Shown: positions 23,901-35,900 of the stretch, in pieces
Layout: each line of letters opens with the position of its first letter
Position numbering within the stretch: the stretch's first letter is position 1
Assembly (NCBI RefSeq): GCF_963921235.1
Contig: NC_086097.1
Coordinates: forward strand, 145,516,001 to 145,580,000
From: Mobula hypostoma
Taxonomy: Eukaryota
Reading direction: 5' to 3'
Length of the DNA stretch: 64,000 nt
Program-made: the position numbers and the translations under genes
Notes under the pieces: generated by a model
What the model was told of the DNA's origin: nothing
Seen by the model: the letters and a program-made list of their open reading frames with translations, nothing else
Database searches by the model: none

Positions 23901-26900
23901 ACACACCGAGCAGACTGATAGACCGGATTGGGTAAGTTTACAAATTATCTGGAAATTACAGCCCATGAGGAAGTTAATAGCATTTCAGTATAATGTATTC
24001 TCTTTCATTACAGTTTGTTTAAATAATTTAAATTAGCCCTAATGCACTTTCTTCCTTGTAATTAACTTGTGGATAAATCCAGAAAAGCATTTATTTTGAG
24101 TTGCAAAGCTTTTGTGGCTGGTCCATCATTGGGAAAAAAAATGCTATCAATATAATCAGGATTGTCAATGCATTTGCAATTTCAGTAGCTAAAGTAATAT
24201 TTAAAACAGCATCCATAGAAAGGAAAATAATTAGCTCTTAAGACAATGGGGACTACAAGATGATGCTGAGTAATATAGAAAGTAAATCCTTCTATAAAAG
24301 ATTTGCTTCTAATCTTGTTCTCATGTAATCATTTTCCGATAAAAGGACAACAATTTGAATTCCCAGATGAAATTAAGCAGTAAATAACATTCCCTTGCTT
24401 AAATATCAGAATAAAATTTGTATTGAATGAAATATTCAGTCTCAAATATTGTGCACTGGCAAGCTGCTGATTTTTGCTTATCCACCAGCTTGAGGACACA
24501 AAATGGCACAGTTGCCTATTGTCATGGAGTAACATTAATTTCTATCCACCTGCTATGTGTTCCTCTTGATTGACTGTCTGTCTATCCATCTTATGGTCTG
24601 TGAGCTTTCACTCCTCCTCTTATTATTTTAGTTTCATTATTTCCAACTGGATTGCTTTCCTTATTTTACCTGCTATCTCACTACTTATTGAACTAAATAT
24701 CTTTTTTAATCTTGCCTCTCAATTTTTGTGTATTACTATTTAAATATAAGATAACAAAAGAATTGGGTTTAGTTATTCTCACTGGATAATTTCCTTTCTT
24801 GACATTCACTAATTACAGATTGTATTTTCAAATGGCATATACATGCAGAAGCTCTCTCACTGCCGAAGAATACTTCTCATCACAGATCTTGTACCCAAGG
24901 TTTTTGCTATTTAAGTAGTAAGCCAATTCTAGAAAACAAAATTCAATAATTAAAGTTAAATCTGAAATCTTACTACTTTGCTTAGATTTTTATTGTTATT
25001 TGTAGTAACTTTATCTTATAAGTTATTGGATATTATTCTTTTTAATCTTTACTCTCCAGAAATTCCCATTACAATAATGACAATGTGAATATGTTATGAG
25101 CTTTAAAGCATTTTTGATGACAGATTGTCTTGTTTTTGGTTGTAACTTGCAGTACTTCACATACATTGATTGTTTCATCATATCTTAGTTTCATCATATC
25201 TTTTTTTTATCACATATGATTTATTTTGGATACTTTTGCAGTTCTTCCAGAGGCCTCATACCATTGATAGAGGTAGCTAACAATAATTTATTCACTTGAA
25301 TAATTTAGTTCTTTACCTTACGGTTATAAATTTCGTTTTTAAAAATAGTACCGGTTGGATAATAGTAGAATATTCTAGTGCTTCCATGAAGTATTGTATA
25401 AAGGGAACCTTAAACCTTGAGACCAACAAGGTTGAAAATTTTCCTCCTTGCCAAGTGGGTTTGCTAATTCTGAACATTGAAACATTCCTAGGTGTTAGGT
25501 TTGATCTTGATAACAGATACACTCCACCACAGGAAGTTTATTTGCGCTTCTACAGCATTCTCCAACTTTAATTCTTGTTCAAGCTCACCTCTTCATTTTT
25601 CATTTTTTATTGTCATTCTTCAGTATGCGAGTGCAAAGGGGAACAAAATAATTGTTACTTCAGACCCAATGCAACATAAATCCCCAATGATCATAAAAGA
25701 CACAATAAATACAAATATAAAAACAATTCCTAAAAACGCAGAGTACAAGTAACTCTTTGAGTATGGTTGTGTCTGTGTGTGTTGTTACGTACCCCGAAAC
25801 TGGGCCGCCAAACCAGCAGAAATGGATCACTCAGTTGGAGTCTGGATTACAAGAACTGAGAAAGTTTTATTAAAGAAACAAGCAACACAGTACTCTAATC
25901 AAAAGGATAATAAATGCAACAGTTCAGCAATGATAAACACACATGCACACAGAATTAAGATAACAGGATTAATCAAGCTCTATCGTTGTCTAGGGGTAAA
26001 TGACCAGTTTCAAAGTGACGCAAAGTTCAGTTCAATTTAGTTCAGTTCAGTTCGCAGTAATCGCTGCCGTGGTGATGGACAGTGGGGGGAAGGAGAGAGG
26101 GAGCAAAACGAATGAATATTCAAAACAGCTTCCACACACAGACCTTCGCAGTCAGCTTTCGGACGAGTCCTTTGTGATGTCATCTGAGGTCACCGACCGT
26201 GACCCCTCCGTTTCCAGATACGACCATTTCTCTGCGGTGAACCTGGCACCCAGGCAAGGGTGGACACACACCAGGTTCCCGCCGATCGTGCCTTTCCACC
26301 CTGTGCGTTTATGGCCCGGTACTTCCCACCGACCTGTGAGAGACGCACCGCTTCCAGGGTCTTGTTACCTCGGGTGTCGTGTGTGTCCTGCCTTAGCGAA
26401 CCTGTCCCTTTTTATCCCCCTGCTGGGGTATCGCCTGTCCATCACTTCAAACAGTTGGGGGTTCAAAGGGTGAGCCGCTCATTAACATCTCCAAATGCTG
26501 CTCCATTGTTTCCATATCTCTCTCTCTCCTGAAGTCAGGTGGCAGACCAACTGCTGATTCCACTGGTGCCAGCCCAGGCCAGCTACATCTTAATCTATGT
26601 GTATTCTTGTCACAGTGTATATATATATATATTGATTGTATGTACATAAGTGTTGGTACGTGGCCAAGTGGTTAAGGCGTTCGTCTAGTGATTTGAAGGT
26701 TGCTAGTTCGAGTCTTGGCTGAGGCAGCGTGTTGTGTCCATGAGCAAGGCACTTAACCACGCATTGCTCTGCGACGACACCGGTGCCAAGCTGTATTGGT
26801 CCTAATGCCTTCCCTTGGACAACATCGGTGGCGTGGAGAGGGGAGACTTGCAGCATGGGCAGCTGCTGGTCTTCCGTACAACCTTGCCCAGGCCTGTGCC

Positions 26901-29900
26901 CTGGAAACCTTCCAAGGCGCAAATCCATGGTCTCACGAGACTTACGGATGCCTATATATGTACATAAAGTGGTGTTAGGTATGGGGTGGGTTAATGGGTG
27001 AAGGTACTAATCCAGCGGCCGCGGACCGGTACCGGGCCGCAAAGGATGCGCTACCGGGCCACGAGGAAGCTATAAGATTTGGCAATATGAGTTAGCTGCA
27101 CCTTTTCTCATTCCCTGTCACGGCCACTGTTGAGCCATTACACATGCGAGATCATTACCCGCGCGTCATCCATGTCAGTGCGGGAAGAAGATCAACTCCT
27201 CGAGCTTGCAAATGACAGCGGGCTGGAGAGTATGTTTGACATAACATCTCTGCCGGCATTCTGGATCAAAGTCAAGGCTAAAAATCATGAGATAGCCACG
27301 AAAGCACTGAAAATGTTGCTTCCATTTCCAACATATCTCTGCAATGAATGCAACGAAAACTAAACTGCGGAACAGACTGGACATAAGGAACCCCGTTCGA
27401 CTATCACTGTCTCCCATCACCCTTTGATAGGACTGTGTTGTTGCAGGAAAACAAGCCCAGAGCTCCCACTGATTCAGCGATATTGGTGTGTTGCAATGAT
27501 TTTATATGTTCATACGGGAAAAATATGTGCTGCGTGTTTAATATCCAAACATTACTTAAAATGTTATGATGCTATTGACATATAACTATATAACAATTAC
27601 AGCACGGAAACAGGCCATCTCTCCCCTGCTAGTCCATGCCGAACGCTACTCTCACCTACTCTAATTTTAACATTACTCTAATTTTTCTTTGAATGATAAT
27701 ATCGAACCTGCCTCTACCACTTCTACTGGAAGTTCGTTCAACGCTTACTTCAAACTCCCCTGATAATTGACTTATCACTATAATCACGCGAGGAAAATAT
27801 GCGCTGTGTGTTTAATATTAAATTCATTGGATAAACCCTTTTAAGAAGGAAATTGGGTGTATTAGCCACTTATCACCGATATTCCGGTCGTGAATAAGAC
27901 CCCCCCCCCCGCCCCGAACAGAATCACCAAAAATGATTTGTAGAAAAAAAATTGTACACGCATGCGCACTGGTGCCTGCACAAGGCTTCATGGTCATTGT
28001 AGTCTTTCCTGGGGAACACCCAGCGTATTTGACTGCTACTCTTGTGCGTTGGCAACCCTACCACCCCCCCCCCCCCCCCCCCCACTGGTCGGCAGGTCCG
28101 CAAGAATCTTCTCAATATGAAACTGGTCCACAGTGCGAAAAGGTTTGGGGACCCCTGTACTAATCAGCATGACAGGTTGGAGGAAGTAACTGTTTTTTAG
28201 GCTAGTGATCCTGGTGGGGCTGCTTTGTAATTTCTTCCCTGATGGGTGTGCGACAAACAGTCCATAAGCCAGATGAGTGGGATCCTTCATGATATTACTG
28301 TCCTTTTTCTGGCACCTTTCTATATACATGTCCTTGATGGTGGGTAGGCTCATGCCAGTCTTGTGTTGAGCATTTTTAACTACCTATTGTGAAGCCCTCC
28401 TGTCTACTGCATTTCAGTTTCCATACCGCACAGTAATGCACATGTTAGGATTCTCTCAACCGTGCATCTGTAGAAGGTCGTGAGTATTGAGGTGCAGAGT
28501 CCAGCTCTCATCAGCTTCCTCAGAAAGTAGAGATGTTGGTCAGCTTTCTTGACTGTAGAGGATGTGTTTTGGGGCCTTGAAAGGTTGTGCAAGATGTGCA
28601 TTCCCAAGAGTTTAAAACTGCTCACAGTTTCTACTGCTGTGCTACCAATGTGAAGAAGGGTGTGAGCAGTGCGAGCTCTCCTGAAGTCGATAACAATCTC
28701 CCTTCTCTTGCTGACATTAAGGAAGAGGTTATTTGTCTGGTACCAGGCCTCAAGGTCTTCCATCTCCTCTCTGTAGGCCATCTCATAGTTGTTGGTGTTG
28801 AGCCCCATTACTGTTGTGTCATTGACGAACATGACAATGTGATCGCTCGGGTGTTTTATTGTGCAGTCATGTGTGGCCAAAGTGTACAGTGTAGAAAGTG
28901 TACAAAGAGTTCAGCACATAGTCCTGGGACACCCGTGTCAAGCATGATGAGGAGGGAGAAACAGTTGTGCATCCCAACTCTGAGGTCTGTTGGTTAGGAA
29001 GGTCAACACCCAGTTGCACATTGATCTATTAGACCAAAGAGTAGGAGACTGTTCACCAAGGTTATGGGACAACAGTGTTGAATGCCAAAGTGAAATCCAG
29101 AAATGGCATTGTGACATACTGCAAGCATCCTTGTTTTCTAGGTGTGTCAAGGGCAGATGAATGGCAGGTACTACGGCATTGGTTTTAGTGGAAATGCCAT
29201 TTATACATTAATTATCTCTTAACTTAACTTGCTAATGCTTCTCCAGTCTTTAATCCGACATAAGCCTGAGCTTGACAAAAATTACGTAACCCAGCTTTTT
29301 AACCAATAATGTGAAAAATAGCCTGAGTACATTCTGTTATGCAGGCAGGAAAAATACAACTGACTAATTGCCAGCCAGTCAGTCTACAATCAGTTATCGA
29401 CTAAAGCAGGGAAGGTATCAGCAATAGTATAATCAAATGCTACCTACTTGCTAATAATCTGCTCCCCAATGCCTAATTTGAGTTTGCCACTACTACTTGG
29501 CTTCAGATTTCATCACAGATTTAATCCAAATGTAAATGAAAGATATGAGTTGGGATAGATTTCTTTGGACATTAAAGTATCATTTAATTGCAGGTGGTAT
29601 CAAGGTGACCTGATATACGTCTGTAAATAAATTCCAATGACTGGAGTGTTACTTTGCACTATTGCAGGTGTTTATGTTTGTTGAAGTCCAGTCATGCAAG
29701 ACATTCTACAAGACTTCCTCGGGACAGTATCCTAGGTCCAGTCATTCTAAGGCCAGAAGTGGGGATGTTGGCTGATGACCGCACAGTGTACAATTCTATT
29801 TGTAACTCATCATTAAGTGGGTGGTACAGTAATGTAGCAGTTAGCGCGAGACCTCAGAGTTAGGAGTTCAACCACAGTGTCCCCTATAAGTAGTTTTTAT

Positions 29901-32900
29901 GTTGTCCCCATGGAATACGTGGGATTCCTCCGGCTGCTCCAGCTTCCAAAGACTATGATTAATTAATTGGTCATCGTAAATTGTCCCATGATTAAATCGG
30001 GGGGCGCTGTTGGCACAGCTCGAAGGGCCGGAATGGCGTATTCTGTGCTGTATCTCTAAATATATAACAAATGAAGCACTCCATGTTTGATTAATGAAAA
30101 GTGACATTTGCACCACGGAAGTAAAGACTTCGGCTACTTCCAGCAAGATAATAAAGTCTAACCACATACTTTTGATTTTCAGTGGCAATACTTCTACCAT
30201 CATTAACATCTGGACACTTACCACTAACCATAATCTCAGCTGGACATTAATTCAGTGAGGATAGGAGCTAGTCAGAGACTGGATATCCTTTGGTTAGCGA
30301 CCTACTATCTGATGTTCTGAAGCCCTTCCATTATCTTCTCGTCAAAATATGAAGGAACATGAAAAGTCATTGTTGTAATATTTAATTCTGTTACTTCCTC
30401 TACAGATACTGCCTGGCATGCTGAGTATTTCCAGAGCTTTCTATTTTATTTCAGATTTACCATAGCTACATTGTTTTGTTTTTCTATTAGGCTTTATGAT
30501 CTTGTTCTAGAAATTGTAGTTGTTGATATTCAACACAAAATGTATTAAGAATTAAATAGCATGCACCTTTATAAATAAAGGTGGACCGTATTCTCTGTTA
30601 CTTATGTCACTTATGTTATTTTTAGCATTAGCTCTCAGGCTTCTTGTGTACAATATTCCTTCAATAATGTTAGCTAAGAACTATCCTGTACCTTTTTCCT
30701 CACTGCAGTCTTTGACAAAATATCATTGCAGCTGTTGATACAACCAACTTCTCACTTTCAATGCCGTGTCATCAGTGTAAACTTGACTCTTTCCCATCCA
30801 CATCTCTGCTACTATAATCCCATGAAAGATCACATCTGTTTGTGCCATTGTCAGATTTGCCATTAAATGGATCTTGTATTCCTGTGGTCTCAATCCTGCT
30901 GATGTTCCAGTCTGGAGACAAAATGTGATCTCCTGCTTCTAAGTATCTTGAATGTTAACTCAGTTGTCTGACTCACTGAGTTCCCCCAGTTTGTAGCTGC
31001 TGGCATAAAGTCACATCTCTTGAAGTAGATATTAAAGAATAGATTTCCAGATCAGTTCCTGTTTCATCTTGACAGTGAATGGGATAACGTGTTTATTTTC
31101 AAATAATTGTCTGGTTAAACATGGCAAGCTCACTGACCCTTCTTTGCTGCTTTACAATGTATCCACGTGAGGCCGCCCACCCCATCGGGACTTGATCTGC
31201 AGGGCTATAAGTACCTTTCCAGTCATTGGTTTTATAATCTGCTACATCTCGAAAGTTGTTAAATCTATTATGTGAAACATTTTAATTACAAAGAACTTAT
31301 AATTAAGTATCTTCAGTACGAAACATTGACTGTTTCTCTTTCTACAATTGCTGCTTGACCTCCTGAATGTTTCTAGCATATTTTGCTTTAGATTCTAATT
31401 CCTTTCAAATGCAACAATGCCATTTGAAGATTCACAGTTCTTTACTTCACAAACAAAAACAAATTTAAATTAATGAAACCATTCATGACTAAGGCTATGT
31501 CCACACTAGACTGGATAATTTTGAAAACGCCGGTTTCGCGTAAAAACGATAGGCGTTCACACTAGGCGTTTTGAAAATACCTCCGTCCACATTAAAACGG
31601 GTATTTGGGCGAATCTCCTCCTACTGGGCATGCGCAGGACACATCTACAGAAAACGAGCAAAGAGGAAACAGTATACTTGGTGCACGTTTGTCCAGTTAC
31701 AGACTAGAAAAAACTTAAAAGGAAATTGCCAAATGACGGACAGCTGTTGGCTCTCATGCAGGAGGACTTAAAACTAAAAAAAGACACTGCAGCGTATGGA
31801 GGCAACCAACAGGGAGTTCACGGACAGTATGACCCGGCTGACGATGAACATTGAAAAACTGACTAACTCTGTTGCAGAGGGATTTGCAATGATGAGGAAC
31901 ATGATTGCTCTCCCCCCCACCCCCCAGTACTTTTCACTGCCACAATACCAGCCTCACAGCCACTACAATAGCTACACATATGGACACACAGACCCCCGCG
32001 TGGCCCCACCAACATCTTCCCCACTCCCACAGAGGGGTCACCCTGGAAACATTTCCTACAGCCATAGTCTCTTCACTGATGAAAGGGACGACAGCTACAA
32101 CTAACTGCAGTAAGAATTGTTACTGTGCAAGAGTGAAATTTGCTGTTACCTCATTTGTTTGCCTTTACTTTTGTTTGTCATTCTGTATTATTTTGCTGTG
32201 TTTAACATGTGCAATAAAACGAGTTACTGGAGTTACTAGTGATTTTATTTTTTATTTTATTTTTACCTGAGTAAAAATGAAACTTACAATTTTCCTTTTT
32301 TGGCCTTAACATTTTCACGTCTATGCCAAACATAAGCTAGTGACAATTACATCTATTGAATGTTTGCTCAAGCAATACATTAATAAAGCACCTTGTTAAA
32401 TGTATAAAACATGTCTGCATCAGTGTTATCTTGTATTTCCATACAATGTTACATTAGGCTGTTACGCATCTGTTGTCAGAGAAGTACTTGCATAAATAGG
32501 TAAACCACCTTCATACCAGCAAGGACAGAAAACAGGGCAAAGTGAGTATACTTATTTATTCAGTATTCAGTAAGTTATGGGTCAAAGTAGTTGGTGAGTA
32601 CATTTCTAACTCTTCTGGCTTCAGTCTTGTTGCCATCTGTCCTGAAATTGTTAGGTTGTGTGTGTGTGTGGGGGGCGGGGTGGGAGTTGAAATTAATGTA
32701 GACAATAAAGTAAGCAACACACGCATGAAGCCGTCCGCCACTGTTGTTGTGGTGTTGGAGGTTGTGTTCAAGAAAACAATGAAATGCCACGCTGCTGCCA
32801 CCATCTGTTCCAGCACGTCATGACAGCGTTTTTAAAAAGAGCTGGTTACCCTGTACACACTACACCGGCCATTAGGCATTTTCAGATTTATTCACTCTGG

Positions 32901-35900
32901 AGAGCGTTTTTGAAAAGCTCCGTTTTTGGGGGAGGAAAACGCCATTTCAGTGTGGATGGAGGGTCAAAACGAAGAGAAAAAGCTTTGGTTACAGATTTAT
33001 CCGGTCTAGTGTGGGTAGCCTAAGTCTATACAGTCAGCCCTCCGTATCTGTGGGGGTTTGGTTCTGGGACCCCCCCCCCCCCGGTGGATGCTCAAGTCCC
33101 GTATATAAAGTGGCGTAGTATTTGCATATAACCTACGCACATCCTCCCGTATACTTTAAATCATCACTAGATTACTTATAACACCTAATACAATGTAAAT
33201 GCTATGTAAATAGTTGTTATACTGTATTGTTTAGGGAATAATGACAAGAAAAAAAAGTCTGTACATGTTCAATACAGACACAACCATCGTAGCTCTTCTG
33301 GGAACGCTGATGCCGATTCTCCCATCATCTTTCAGTTCTTGAGCCTGTATCGCCTTACATAGCTAGCCAGCCATTCCTTACTAGCCTTAAACTCCTTCCT
33401 TTCCCTCACAACATAAGTAGCGAACGAACAATGCTGAAACAATGAGTAATACTTTTAATCATTTCTAGATTACAGTACTTTACGCTGTCTCTTAGCCGTT
33501 GAGGAATTGCTTTGACCACTTAATTGCTTTTTAGGAGCCATTTTTTCCACAGAAACAAAGGGTGCACGCAACACAAGTAGCAACCGAATGAGACGCGAGG
33601 TGAACAATGCTCAAACGACGAGTGCTGCAGAGAGAACTTCCGGGGTTTTCTCCGATCCCGATCCGCAGTTGGTTGAACCCGCGGATACGGAAGGCCGACT
33701 GTACATGAAAATTCACTGGTTGGTTGTTAAATGACAGCAGCAGACTGACACATCCGGAACATTTTATACAGCAGTGAACATGCCATCCAAAATCTGTTTT
33801 TGAGTCACTCCATAAATTCTTATGTGTTTTTCTACTTTTTTTCTTTGTAGTATTTTGGACCCCCAGTTGCATATATACAACAGATATTTGTAAAAGCCAT
33901 CGTATCCCCTTGGAACAAAAACTTAATTGCTGTTGATGTATTCCGTGCCCCACTCTCAAAAGTGTTTCAGCTCGTGGAAGAAGTAAGAAATCATGTCTTT
34001 CAAGACAGGTAGGAAAGGATTTGTTTATTTATAATATGTGTCTTATTTTGGGAGGCAAAAAGGAGAAAAATAGATGTGTTTTGAGAAGGAAGATGACGAG
34101 TGTCGTACGTCTGTGTGTGCAACCATATGTTTGTCTTCTGTTCTGTACGGCAGAATCTAAAATTCAAAGTAAAATTTATTACCAGAGTATATACATGTCA
34201 CCACATACAACTCTGAGATTTTTTTTCTGTGGGCATACTTAGCAAATCTATAGAACAGTAACTGTAAACAGGATCAATGAACAGCACACTGTGCAAATGC
34301 AGATACAAATAAATAGCAATCAATAACAAGTATGAAATAACAAGATAAAGGGTACTTAAAGCTGTGGAACACCAGAAGTAGAATCAGTGCACTTATCCCC
34401 TTTTGGTTAAGATCCTGACGGTTGAGGGGTAGTAACTGCTTTTGAAGCTGGTGGTGTGAGTTCTGAGGATCTTGTACCATCTACCCGATGGCAGCAGCGA
34501 GAAAAGAGCATGGCCTGGTTGGTGAGGTTCTTTGATGATGGATGTTGCTTTTCTATGGCAATACTTGATGTAGATGCGCTCAGTGGTTGGAAGGGTTTTA
34601 CCCATGAGCTGAATCCACTACCTTTTGTAGGACTTTCCACTCAAAGGTATTGATGTTCTCATATCAAGCCGTAACGCAGCCAGTCTGCATACTTTCCACC
34701 ACGCATCTTTAGAAGTTTGCCACCGTTTTCGAAGACATGCCGAACCTCTTGCAAACTGCTGTGCTGTCTTCACAATAATATTTATATAATTGGTTCAGGA
34801 CAGGTCCTCTGAGATAGTGACACCCAGGAATTTAAAGTTACTGACCCTCTCCACCTCTGATCCTCCGATTACTGGCTCGTGGACCTTTGGTTTCCCTCTC
34901 CTGAAGTCTATAATCGTTTCCTTGGTCTTATTGACATGGAGTGAGAGGTTGTTATTATTACACCACTCAGCCAAATTTCCATTCTCCCTTCTGTATGCTG
35001 ATTCATCACCATCTTTGATACAGCCCACAGCAGTGCTGCCATCAGCAAACTTGTACATGGTGTTGGAGCTGTACTTAGTCACACAGTGTAAAGTGAGTAG
35101 AGCAGGGGGCTAAGTACACATCCCTGTGGTGCTCCTGTGCTGATAGTCCAGAATCTCTGCCTAGCTTATTCAAGACTCGAACAACCAGATGGTGACTGAT
35201 GTGCATTATCATTATCACATTAAAATAATTTTAGATCTAGTATCTGTCTCTCCTCACAGTCAGGTTGTCCTCAATCCCAAATGGTTGGCAGTAATGAGGT
35301 GGGGAAAAACAAGATGCAGGAAGAGCACAACCAAATAGTCAACATGTATAGATGCAATATGATAAAGCATTTCATGCAACTAAACTTTTTTTGTATCCAG
35401 AGCAAATAATATGAATGTGAAACAGGGTTATTACCTTGATTGTTGATTTTTACTTCTAATTAATAGTGATTGATTTTTTTGCTAATATTGTTTAGCAAAT
35501 TAATAATTTAATAATTTAATCATCATTCAATTAACAATATAATTTGCTAAATATTGTTAATTGAATGATGATTTGAACTTCTACTGAACTTCTCCTTAGT
35601 TTTTTGATGAGGTATTGGTGGTTAAATAAGAAAGTGGCAATTGATGTTGTGAGCATTGATTTTTAAATGAAGTCGGATATTGTACCATATCTGAAGTTTG
35701 TTCAGAAAATTAACAGAATAAAAGGAACATCAATAGCGTAAATTCAAATTGGAGGGTCAGTTGTCGTGAATGACTGTTTAGTCTAGAGAAAATTATGCAA
35801 TGCTGTTTCCCAGGCTTTAATTTTGTGACTGCTCTTTTATTTCGTACAATAATGACAAGGGCTTGGGAGTACAGGGTATGATATTGAGATTTATAAATGA

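Larger units (their letters stand above)
25600..29170 (-). mobile_element. Rex1/Babar-type LINE interrupted by a solo LTR, a SINE and a hAT element
   Basis: ORFs 28036..28353, 28404..28880 and 28938..29150 carry Rex1 RT motifs; the 3' tail at 25600-25780 is homologous to 13500-13650. Confidence 0.78.

Noticed and set aside
26000..26473. 157-aa ORF as a novel gene
   Set aside because: Lies within a solo LTR and shows no recognisable protein motif.
26653..26730. tRNA gene
   Set aside because: A and B boxes are present but there is no proper acceptor stem or T-run terminator; it continues into a SINE body with a flanking duplication.
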